From contig CANQEH010000013.1 of assembly GCA_947594835.1 (NCBI GenBank), positions 8,838-72,837 on the forward strand: 64,000 bases of DNA. The letters run 5' to 3'. This stretch comes from an uncultured Acetatifactor sp. (lineage in GTDB: Bacteria > Bacillota > Clostridia > Lachnospirales > Lachnospiraceae). Position numbers and translations under genes: made by a program. The stretch's first letter is position 1, and each line of letters starts with the position of its first letter. Below the pieces are notes generated by a model. The model was not told the DNA's origin and did no database searches. It saw nothing but the letters and a program-made list of their open reading frames with translations. Of this stretch, positions 1 to 7,302 are shown one piece after another.

Positions 1-2223
1 TAATTCTTCCCGGCTCTCCACCTCAAAGGTGGTCTGCAGCGTGGCCATGCCCTGCTTGTTGGTGCGGGTGTTGACGGACAGGATATTGATGTTTTTCTCT
101 GTCAGCGCCTTGGAGATGTCCGCCAGCAGGCCGCTTCTGTCATTGGCGAAAATATTGATCTCCGCCACATATTTCCCCTCCTGGTTCTCCGGCATCTGCC
201 ACTCCGCGTCAATCAGCCGCGCCCGCTCTAACTCCGGCAGGTTCATGATGTTGACACAGTCTGTCCGATGGATGGAGATGCCGCGTCCTCTGGTCACAAA
301 GCCCACGATCTCGTCCCCGGGCACGGGGGAGCAGCACTTGGAAAATCGCACGGAGAGATCCGTGATCCCTTTGACCACAATGCCCCCCGTGCTCTTTCGG
401 GAGAGCATCCTGGCCTGGTTGGCCGCCCCGGCCTCCGAGATGCTCTTTAGCACCTCCTCGTTGGTCATCTGCCGCCTGTGATCCCTCTCGTACAGCTCCA
501 GCATCTTGTTGACGAGCTGGCCCTCTTTGAGTGCCCCGTGGCCCATAGCCGCCATCACCGCATCCCAGTCCCGGAAACCGTACTTGCGCATGACCGCGTC
601 CATATATTCCGGCTTCATCAGTTCGGAAAGGTTGATGGATTTTAGCTTGCAGTAGGACGCCATCAGTTCCTTGCCCTTGACGATGTTGTCCTCTTTCAGC
701 TCGTTCTTAAACCACTGGTTGATCTTGTTCTTCGCCTGGGTGCTCTTGACGATCTTTAACCAGTCCCGGCTGGGGCCCTTGGAGTTCTGGGAGGTGATGA
801 TCTCAATGCGGTCGCCGTTCTTGATCACATAGTCGATGGTCACCAGCTTGCCGTTGACCCTGGCGCCCACCATCTTATTGCCCACCGCCGAGTGGATGCT
901 GTAAGCAAAATCGATGGGCGTGGAGCCCGCGGGCAAGTTTTTCACTTCCCCGGTGGGGGTAAAGCAGTACACATTGTCCGCAAACAGATCCAGATCGTTT
1001 TTCAACAGGTTCATAAACTCCCTGTTGTCGGACATATCCTGCTGCCACTCCAGGATCTGGCGCAGCCACACCAGCTTTTCTTCCTCCTGGCCCTCCACCC
1101 GCTTCCCGTCGGAGGCCTCCTTGTATTTCCAGTGGGCGGCGATACCGTATTCCGCCGCCTTGTGCATCTCAAAGGTGCGGATCTGGATCTCAAAGGGCTG
1201 TCCCGTGCTGCCGATCAGGGTGGTGTGCAGGGACTGGTACATATTGGCCTTCGGCATGGCGATATAGTCTTTGAAACGGCCCGGTATGGGCTTATACATC
1301 TCGTGGATGACGCCCAGCGCCGCATAGCAGTCCTTCACCGTGTCCACGATGATGCGCACCGCAAACAGATCGTAGATCTGGTCTAAGGTCTTGCCCTGGT
1401 TGACCATCTTTTTGTAAATGCTGAAAAAATGCTTCACCCGGCCGTCGATCTTGGCCTGGATGCCCGCATTTTCGATGTGCTCCCGCACTTCGTCCACAAT
1501 GCTCTGGATATATTTCTCCCGGACGCTCTTGCGCACGGCGATGCGCTCCACCAGATCGTAATACACATCCGGGTGGAGATATTTTAAGGAGAGGTCGTCC
1601 AGCTCCGTCTTGATCTTGCTGATGCCCAGCCTGTGGGCGATGGGGCAGTAGATCTCCAGGGTCTCCCTGGCGATCCGCTGCTGGCTCTCCGGCTTCTGGT
1701 ATTTCAACGTGCGCATATTGTGGAGCCGGTCAGCCAGCTTGATGAGGATGACGCGTATGTCCTTTGCCATGGCGAGAAACATCTTGCGCAGGTTTTCCGC
1801 CTGCATTTCCAGCTTGGCGTCAGACTGCTCGATGCTTTCCGACAGGGGAATCTTCTCCAGCTTCGTCACCCCGTCCACCAGAAGGGCCACGTCCTCCCCG
1901 AACTCCCGCACCAGGTCTTCTTCCGTCATGGCGGTGTCCTCCACCACGTCGTGCAAAAGGCCCGCCACGATCGTCTCTTTGTCCAGCTCCAGATCCGCCA
2001 GAATAATGGCCACGTTCAGAGGATGGACGATATAGGGCTCCCCGGATTTGCGCCGCTGATCCTTGTGGGCCTGGCTGGCCACATGGTACGCCTTCTCGAT
2101 CATGGAGATATCGTCGCTGGGATGATATCTGCGCACATGAGAGATCAGCTCCTGATACAGTTCTTCCGGATTTAAAAATTCCTGGGATCCACTTATTTTG
2201 CCGTCGTCAAAAATGACATCCAT
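1..2223 (-). CDS. relA: bifunctional (p)ppGpp synthetase/hydrolase, RelA/SpoT family; C-terminal end cut by window edge
   Basis: Absent from the ORF track because no stop lies inside the window. My reverse translation from ATG 2223-2221 (GGGAGG SD upstream) reads MDVIFDDGKISGSQEF...HKDQRRKSGEPYIVHPLNVAIILADLELDKETIVAGLLHDVVEDT (HD hydrolase motif). This is followed by a synthetase region, a TGS-like segment (TPTGEVKNLPAGSTPIDFAYSIHSAVGN) and an ACT-like end (NDRSGLLADISKALTEKNINILSVNTRT). The frame is open for 741 codons down to position 1. Confidence 0.93.
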   Translation of the reverse strand, partial: MDVIFDDGKISGSQEFLNPEELYQELISHVRRYHPSDDISMIEKAYHVASQAHKDQRRKSGEPYIVHPLNVAIILADLELDKETIVAGLLHDVVEDTAMTEEDLVREFGEDVALLVDGVTKLEKIPLSESIEQSDAKLEMQAENLRKMFLAMAKDIRVILIKLADRLHNMRTLKYQKPESQQRIARETLEIYCPIAHRLGISKIKTELDDLSLKYLHPDVYYDLVERIAVRKSVREKYIQSIVDEVREHIENAGIQAKIDGRVKHFFSIYKKMVNQGKTLDQIYDLFAVRIIVDTVKDCYAALGVIHEMYKPIPGRFKDYIAMPKANMYQSLHTTLIGSTGQPFEIQIRTFEMHKAAEYGIAAHWKYKEASDGKRVEGQEEEKLVWLRQILEWQQDMSDNREFMNLLKNDLDLFADNVYCFTPTGEVKNLPAGSTPIDFAYSIHSAVGNKMVGARVNGKLVTIDYVIKNGDRIEIITSQNSKGPSRDWLKIVKSTQAKNKINQWFKNELKEDNIVKGKELMASYCKLKSINLSELMKPEYMDAVMRKYGFRDWDAVMAAMGHGALKEGQLVNKMLELYERDHRRQMTNEEVLKSISEAGAANQARMLSRKSTGGIVVKGITDLSVRFSKCCSPVPGDEIVGFVTRGRGISIHRTDCVNIMNLPELERARLIDAEWQMPENQEGKYVAEINIFANDRSGLLADISKALTEKNINILSVNTRTNKQGMATLQTTFEVESREEL

Positions 2224-2321
2224 GTATCCTCCCATTCTGCCGCTTGCGTCGGCTTCCGGCGGGCATTGCGCCCGTCCGGCCGGCCCTGGCTTGGTGTCAC
2301 AGGCCGCCCCCGCTTTTTACA

Positions 2322-2846
2322 TCACTTGCCCGGATAGCTGATGGCCGCTTCCAGACGATAGTCTTTCAGGCGCTCCCTGCCCTTTAACCCGGCAAGCTCG
2401 ATCAGCACCACGACGCCCACCACCTGGCCGCCCAGGCTCTCGATCAGCTTGATCATGGCCTCCGTGGTGCCGCCGGTGGCGATCAGATCGTCCACGATCA
2501 GCACCTTCTGGCCGGGCTGGATGCTGTCCTTGTGCATTTCGATGGTGGCCTGGCCATATTCCAGATCATAGGAAATGGAAACGGTCTCCCGGGGCAGCTT
2601 TCCCGCCTTGCGGATCAGGACAAAAGGCTTTTTGTTGTTGTAGGCAATGGGCGTTCCAAAGATGAATCCCCTGGATTCCGGCCCTGCCACCACGTCGTAG
2701 TCCAAATCCTTTATCTTCTCCTGCATGGTGTCCACCGCCAGCTGCAGCCCATCCGCATCCTGCAGGACGCTGGTCACGTCCCTGAAAATAATTCCCTCCT
2801 CGGGAAAATCGGGAATGCTGAGTACATAATCCTCTAGTTTTTTCAT
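2322..2846 (-). CDS. apt: adenine phosphoribosyltransferase
   Basis: Track ORF 2322..2939 trimmed to the internal ATG at 2846, which is preceded by GGAG. Product MKKLEDYVLSIPDFPEEGIIFRDVTSVLQD... with PRTase motif VLIVDDLIATGGT. Confidence 0.93.
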   Translation of the reverse strand: MKKLEDYVLSIPDFPEEGIIFRDVTSVLQDADGLQLAVDTMQEKIKDLDYDVVAGPESRGFIFGTPIAYNNKKPFVLIRKAGKLPRETVSISYDLEYGQATIEMHKDSIQPGQKVLIVDDLIATGGTTEAMIKLIESLGGQVVGVVVLIELAGLKGRERLKDYRLEAAISYPGK

Positions 2847-2953
2847 ATTCATCTCCATTCCGGAGCGTTCTCGCGACGGGGCGACGCGAATCTCAAATTC
2901 GCGTCTGCCATCAGGGCAATTTGTGACGCTCCAGCACAAATTGCCGTGTAAAC

Positions 2954-2977
2954 AATAAGCTATCGAGCTTATTTTTT
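2954..2977. terminator. hairpin AATAAGCT-atcg-AGCTTATT flanked by A/T runs; likely terminator of the CBS gene (bidirectional shape)
   Basis: 8-bp perfect stem 2954-2961/2966-2973. T-run on the plus side; UUGUUU on the minus side about 40 nt after the stop at 3017. Confidence 0.4.
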
Positions 2978-3016
2978 ACACTGTTTCCTCCTTCTCTCCG
3001 CGCTGCCCCAGGCCGC

Positions 3017-3469
3017 CTACTGCCTGCGCCGCTCTCTATGCGCCGCCCCGCCCTGGGGTGCGGCCGTTTGCCTGATAAAGTGATCCAGAATCACGCTTCT
3101 CGTGACAATTCCGATGAAGACGCTCCTGTCGTCTATCACAGGGACGAAACTCTGCTGCCTGATCAGCTCTAAAAGGCTCTCCATGGTCATATCAATACAG
3201 GCCGGCTTTATCTTCCCGCACTGGATGATCTCACGGACCGTCGTCCGCTCCAGCCGCTTTGCCGTGCCCTCTACCTTCCGATCGCAGTAAAAAGCGTTCC
3301 AGAGAAAATCCCCCTCGCTGATGACCCCCACATACCGGTCTTCCACGTCGATCACCGGAATGGCGGAAAAACCGCTCCGGTGCAGGCGCTCCAGGCCCTG
3401 CTTTAAGGTCATCCGGTCCTGCAGATAGGACACCTCCTCCTTGGGCAGAAGAAAAGACGCTATGTTCAC
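3017..3469 (-). CDS. stand-alone CBS-pair protein, DarB/CbpB (YkuL)-like
   Basis: 150-aa ORF made only of two CBS modules. SGFSAIPVID and FIGIVTRSVILDHF resemble the TGYTAIPVLD / FEGIFTRRVVLKEL segments I recall from B. subtilis YkuL. Confidence 0.75.
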   Translation of the reverse strand: MNIASFLLPKEEVSYLQDRMTLKQGLERLHRSGFSAIPVIDVEDRYVGVISEGDFLWNAFYCDRKVEGTAKRLERTTVREIIQCGKIKPACIDMTMESLLELIRQQSFVPVIDDRSVFIGIVTRSVILDHFIRQTAAPQGGAAHRERRRQ

Positions 3470-3561
3470 TGGGCAGCTCCTTCCTGCCGGATCTACCGGC
3501 GTTTGGCTCCACTGTCTATATACGCAGACACGGCAGAGCCCTCCCTGCCGTGTCCGTCATC

Positions 3562-4065
3562 CTACTTCTTTCCGCAGCACTTTTTATATTTTTTGCCGCT
3601 TCCGCAAGGGCAGGGATCGTTGGGATAAACCTTTGCATCCTTCACGATGGTAGTGGAAGATTTCTGCTCCTTGTAGAGCCGCTTTCTGGTCTCCTGGTCA
3701 AAAATGGCGTCCCATTCCTCCAGGCCGTACAGCCAGTCCGCATCGGCAGCCACCATGTTTTTGTACAGCAGCTCCTTGTCAAACCCAAGGTTTACCTCCG
3801 TGTCCTCCTCCATCTCCTCGATGGGGTTTTGTTCCTTGAGGCTGTCGTTTATGCCGTCCAAAAAACCGGTCATCGTCAGCACCGGCACGCCGAACCGCTC
3901 GGCCAGCTCCTTCACCGTGCCCTTCACCACCTGCTCCGGCTCCTTCAACAGCTCGGCGTAAATGTCCTTCTCCTGCTGGAAATAGGCCGACCAGATCTTC
4001 TTCAGCTTGTCCTGTCCCGCCGTCTCGTCATAGGCGATCTTTTTCCATTCCTCTAATAATGCCAT
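3562..4065 (-). CDS. SEC-C motif domain protein
   Basis: Track ORF trimmed to ATG 4065 (GGAGGATGG SD). C-terminal metal-binding SEC-C motif [17 protein letters not shown]. Confidence 0.8.
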   Translation of the reverse strand: MALLEEWKKIAYDETAGQDKLKKIWSAYFQQEKDIYAELLKEPEQVVKGTVKELAERFGVPVLTMTGFLDGINDSLKEQNPIEEMEEDTEVNLGFDKELLYKNMVAADADWLYGLEEWDAIFDQETRKRLYKEQKSSTTIVKDAKVYPNDPCPCGSGKKYKKCCGKK

Positions 4066-4289
4066 AGTATTTCCATCCTCCTGCTTTCCGCCGCGGACTT
4101 TGTCCCGGCACACGGCGCAGCCATGCGCTATTGTATGTAAGTATATAACAAATTCGCATATTAAACAATATTTCCGGGGAACAATTTTAGGATTTTTTTC
4201 AGAAGACGGCGTTGTAAAACGTCCGTCTGAATGATATGATGAGTCTGTAACAAAAAAGCCGTCCCAAGACGTCACAGGGGGAACTGCAG

Positions 4290-4562
4290 ATGGAATCTTC
4301 CGAAAAAAAGCCTTCCGAAAAAAAGAAAATCACTTCAAAACAGGTGGTGGCCCTGGCGGGCGTCGCCCTGCTTCTGCTTCTGTATCTGGCCGCCCTCATC
4401 GCCGCACTGGCCGACCGCACCGCCTCCGGCAAATGGTTCCAGCTCTGTATCTATGCCACCGTTGCGGTTCCCATCCTGATCTGGGTCTACACCTGGATCT
4501 ACGGGAAGCTCACCGGGCGCCACACCATCGCAGACGGGAAGCCCCCGGAGGAAAAACCGTGA
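4290..4562 (+). CDS. small membrane protein (two predicted TM helices), unknown function
   Basis: 90-aa ORF with a lysine-rich N-terminus followed by [23 protein letters not shown] and [18 protein letters not shown]. It is the only sensible ORF in this gap. Confidence 0.55.
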   Translation: MESSEKKPSEKKKITSKQVVALAGVALLLLLYLAALIAALADRTASGKWFQLCIYATVAVPILIWVYTWIYGKLTGRHTIADGKPPEEKP

Positions 4563-4575
4563 CGGCGTCTTCTTT

Positions 4576-5178
4576 TTACCCTACGCCCAGCAGGGCCAGT
4601 TCCCGTTCGACCTGATCTTTTGTCTGGAACACGATGCCTGCAAACCCTTCTGCCCGGGACGCCTGCACATTCTCTTCCAGATCGTCTATAAAGACGCACT
4701 CGGCGGCCTTCAGCCCATAGCGGGACAAAAGCAGCCGGTAGATGGCCGGATCCGGCTTGACCAGCTTCTCCTGAAAGGAGAGGATGCCGCCGTCCGTATA
4801 CGGAAGAAAGGCGAGCGCGTCCGCGCACTCCTTATATGCCTTGGCGGAAAAATTGGACAAAAAGTAAACGCCGTATCCCTCTTTCTTCAGGGCACAGATC
4901 CAGGGGATCGCGTATTCCCGGGGCGTCACCAGATCGTGGATATCGCCGAAGGCTTCCCTGAGCTCCCGCTCAATGGCCGGATCCAGGCTGATGAATTTCT
5001 GCATCACCGTCTCCTCATCCCACGCGCCCCTGTCTATCTCTTTCCAGTAGGGGCCGGACACGGAGGCCCGGGCAATCCGGGCGATCATCTCCCTGTCGTA
5101 CCCCTTATCCTGTAAAAATTCCTTCCAACGGTAATCTGTCAGTACATTCCCGATGTCGAACACAATATTTTTGATCAT
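4576..5178 (-). CDS. HAD superfamily (subfamily IA-like) hydrolase
   Basis: N-terminal motif I in the form IVFDIGNVL, and FIDD near the C-terminus. The start overlaps the purA stop (ATGA). Confidence 0.8.
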   Translation of the reverse strand: MIKNIVFDIGNVLTDYRWKEFLQDKGYDREMIARIARASVSGPYWKEIDRGAWDEETVMQKFISLDPAIERELREAFGDIHDLVTPREYAIPWICALKKEGYGVYFLSNFSAKAYKECADALAFLPYTDGGILSFQEKLVKPDPAIYRLLLSRYGLKAAECVFIDDLEENVQASRAEGFAGIVFQTKDQVERELALLGVG

Positions 5179-6473
5179 ACCTGCTTTTTTAAGCTGCTCT
5201 CCCTGTAAATGATATCCTCCCGGCTGGGGCCGTTGCTGATCATGGTGATGGGATAGCCGAGCTTCTCCTCGATAAACTCTATATAATTCCGGCAGTTGTG
5301 GGGCAGTTCCTCGTACTTTCTGATGCCCCGGATCTGGCAGTTCCAGCCGGGCAGTTTCTCAAAGACGGGCTTTGCCCTCTCCAGCCTGGTGGTCACAGGG
5401 AAATCGGTGGTCACTTCCCCGTCGATCTCATACCCGACGCAGACAGGGATCTCCTCCAGATACCCCAGCACATCCAGCACCGTAAACGCCACGTCCGTGG
5501 TGCCCTGAAGCCTGCAGCCATACTTAGATGCCACGCAGTCAAACCATCCCACTCTCCTGGGCCGTCCTGTGGTCGCGCCGTACTCGCCGCCGTCGCCGCC
5601 CCTGCGGCGCAGCTCCTCCGCCTCCTCCCCGGACAGCTCGGAGACAAAAGCCCCCGCGCCCACCGCCGAGGAATATGCCTTGCACACCGTGACAATCTGA
5701 CGGATCTCGTAGGGAGGAATCCCCGCGCCGATAGCGCCGTAAGCCGCCAGGGTGGAAGAAGAAGTCACCATGGGGTAGATGCCGTGGTCGGGATCCTTTA
5801 AGGTGCCAAGCTGCCCCTCCAGCAGCACGGTCTTCCCCTCTTTCAGCGCCTGATCCAAAAAGGCGGACACGTCGCACACATAGGGCGCTATCATCTCCCG
5901 ATACCCGTGCAGCGTCTCAAGCAGCTCCTCCGGGACGATCTGGGGCTTGTGGTACAGATGCTCCAGCAGCACGTTTTTCAGCGCGCAGACCCGCTCCACT
6001 TTCTCCCGCAGCGTCTCCTCGTCAAAGAGTTCGCTGACCTGAAAGCCGATCTTGGCATATTTGTCGGAATAAAAGGGAGCGATGCCGGACTTGGTGGAGC
6101 CGAAAGATTTTCCGCCCAGCCTTTCCTCCTCATATTGGTCAAACAGGATGTGATAGGGCATGACGATCTGCGCCCGGTCGGACACCAGTATCTTCGGGGC
6201 AGGCACATCCCGCTCCACGATGGACTGTATTTCCTGCATGAGCTTGGGGATATCCAATGCCACGCCGTTTCCGATCACGCTGGTGATATGCTGGTAAAAC
6301 ACGCCGGAGGGCAGAGTGTGCAGCGCAAACTTGCCGTAGCTGTTCACAATGGTGTGGCCCGCGTTGGCCCCGCCCTGGAAGCGCACCACAATATCCGCTT
6401 CCTGCGCCATCATGTCCGTGATCTTTCCCTTTCCTTCGTCGCCCCAGTTGGCTCCTACGATTGCCTTGACCAT
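5175..6473 (-). CDS. purA: adenylosuccinate synthetase
   Basis: MVKAIVGANWGDEGKGKITD P-loop and full-length 432 aa. GAGGAAATAAG SD, with TTTACT-17-TATACT promoter-like hexamers at about 6515-6545. Confidence 0.95.
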   Translation of the reverse strand: MVKAIVGANWGDEGKGKITDMMAQEADIVVRFQGGANAGHTIVNSYGKFALHTLPSGVFYQHITSVIGNGVALDIPKLMQEIQSIVERDVPAPKILVSDRAQIVMPYHILFDQYEEERLGGKSFGSTKSGIAPFYSDKYAKIGFQVSELFDEETLREKVERVCALKNVLLEHLYHKPQIVPEELLETLHGYREMIAPYVCDVSAFLDQALKEGKTVLLEGQLGTLKDPDHGIYPMVTSSSTLAAYGAIGAGIPPYEIRQIVTVCKAYSSAVGAGAFVSELSGEEAEELRRRGGDGGEYGATTGRPRRVGWFDCVASKYGCRLQGTTDVAFTVLDVLGYLEEIPVCVGYEIDGEVTTDFPVTTRLERAKPVFEKLPGWNCQIRGIRKYEELPHNCRNYIEFIEEKLGYPITMISNGPSREDIIYRESSLKKQV

Positions 6474-6574
6474 CTTATTTCCTCATTTCTGCGCCGTCTA
6501 TCGCGCACAGCGCAATATAAGTATAATATAAAATTCCCCATAAGTAAATCGAAAAATAATCTGAATCAAAGCAT

Positions 6575-6638
6575 CCAAAATTGAAATTTTAAATTCCACT
6601 CTCAAATCCTCTGGTGGAATTTAAAATTTCAATTTTGG
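6575..6638. repeat. perfect 25-bp inverted repeat (CCAAAATTGAAATTTTAAATTCCAC / 14-nt loop / reverse complement)
   Basis: Arms 6575-6599 and 6614-6638 are exact reverse complements. It sits exactly at the GC-rich to AT-rich composition switch upstream of purA. Confidence 0.9.
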
Positions 6639-6663
6639 GCAAGATTTTATTTGCTGTCATATC

Positions 6664-6691
6664 TTGCAAAACTCTGTCACTATGGTAGAAT
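6664..6691 (+). promoter_or_regulatory. sigma-A-type promoter, TTGCAA-16 nt-TGgTAGAAT (extended -10)
   Basis: Hexamers at 6664-6669 and 6686-6691, with TG one nt upstream of the -10. Confidence 0.5.
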
Positions 6692-6782
6692 ATATATGGG
6701 TGTTACCAAAACGGGTAGCGGTTCGCCTTTTGCCAAAATGAGTACATTTTGAGAACTTCCTGTATCGAAGGAGGGGATACAT

Positions 6783-6815
6783 ATGGAAAATACAGTGAAA
6801 GGTAAGTACCATTGA
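6783..6815 (+). CDS. 10-codon leader ORF MENTVKGKYH, stop overlapping the next start (TGATG)
   Basis: AAGGAGG sits 7 nt upstream of the ATG at 6783. TGA 6813-6815 overlaps ATG 6815-6817. Confidence 0.25.
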   Translation: MENTVKGKYH

Positions 6816-6946
6816 TGTTCGGAATGATTTTGGAACTTGTCGGTATGGTAGTGACAGTTATCAGCATCGTCGTCACTACAATCAGTATCCGACAAACCAG
6901 AACAAATAAAAGGCATCAAAAAAGCAACCGCGCCGACCAAAGTTAG
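6815..6946 (+). CDS. 43-aa hydrophobic/basic peptide, candidate type I toxin or small membrane protein
   Basis: MFGMILELVGMVVTVISIVVTTISIRQTRTNKRHQKSNRADQS gives one TM-length hydrophobic stretch and then a basic tail. The stop codon is embedded in an intrinsic terminator. Below the 60-aa track cutoff. Confidence 0.45.
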   Translation: MFGMILELVGMVVTVISIVVTTISIRQTRTNKRHQKSNRADQS

Positions 6947-6957
6947 GTTGCTTTTTT
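6918..6957. terminator. bidirectional intrinsic terminator AAAAAAGCAACC-loop-GGTTGCTTTTTT
   Basis: GCAACC/GGTTGC core extended by A6/T6. The shape serves transcripts from both strands. Confidence 0.7.
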
Positions 6958-7011
6958 GATTTGCAACTATCAACTGAGGCGAACCGTTGCTTTACGGTAA
7001 CACCTTTTCTA
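6918..7011 (-). ncRNA. predicted ~90-nt antisense RNA overlapping the 3' end of the 43-aa ORF
   Basis: Bounded by the minus-strand promoter at 7018-7046 and the shared terminator. No convincing ORF or SD inside. Confidence 0.3.
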
Positions 7012-7017
7012 TGAATT

Positions 7018-7046
7018 ATATTAGCACTGTTCAGCACTTCCGTCAA
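7018..7046 (-). promoter_or_regulatory. sigma-A-type promoter, TTGACG-17 nt-TGcTAATAT (extended -10), firing leftwards
   Basis: The reverse complement of 7041-7046 is TTGACG. The reverse complement of 7018-7023 is TAATAT, preceded by TGc. Confidence 0.5.
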
Positions 7047-7071
7047 CATTTTTTCTCATGCAAAATTTCTA

Positions 7072-7088
7072 CCAAAATTGAAATTTTA
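7072..7088. repeat. third copy (17 nt, direct) of the left arm of the 6575 inverted repeat
   Basis: CCAAAATTGAAATTTTA is identical to 6575-6591. Confidence 0.8.
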
Positions 7089-7302
7089 TTGGTATAAAAA
7101 CAAGCACTACTTATATAAGGAGATATGTTCTTTGCTATATCTCATTGTATAATCTCTATATAGAATAGGGCACCTCCCGTCCCGTCTTTGGTAGTTAACG
7201 CCAGATTTTTTAGGAGCAAAACCAGCATAGATCTCTTCCAAATGCCCATATATTCGGGCTTTTTTTAGCTTAAGATTCTGCGAAACAACAAAGTTCCATG
7301 TA

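Noticed and set aside
2847-2939. N-terminal extensions of track ORFs. Affected genes include apt, the SEC-C gene, the 8294 permease, VTC copy 1 to 39300, the DUF4353 gene to 37494, the methyltransferase to 16871 and the GGDEF gene from 18070.
   Set aside because: Internal ATGs with good SD sequences coincide with the conserved N-termini of the respective families. The extensions overlap upstream genes or repeats.
6680-6973. 97-aa minus-strand ORF across the small-peptide cassette.
   Set aside because: It has a TTG start without an SD and reads straight through a strong bidirectional terminator. The plus strand offers a promoter, SD, coupled ORFs and terminator that explain the region better.
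7127-7170. 12-codon ORF MFFAISHCIISI behind AAGGAG.
   Set aside because: SD-to-ATG spacing is only 2-3 nt. The sequence is better explained as a GGAGATAT/ATATCTC hairpin in decayed DNA.
7100-7302. Possible remnant of a gene downstream of the HlyD-like adaptor (minus-strand reading ...KKARIYGHLEEIYAGFAPKKSGVNYQRRDGR...).
   Set aside because: The frame is short and interrupted by stops, and I cannot match it to any family. It is left unannotated as probable decayed sequence.
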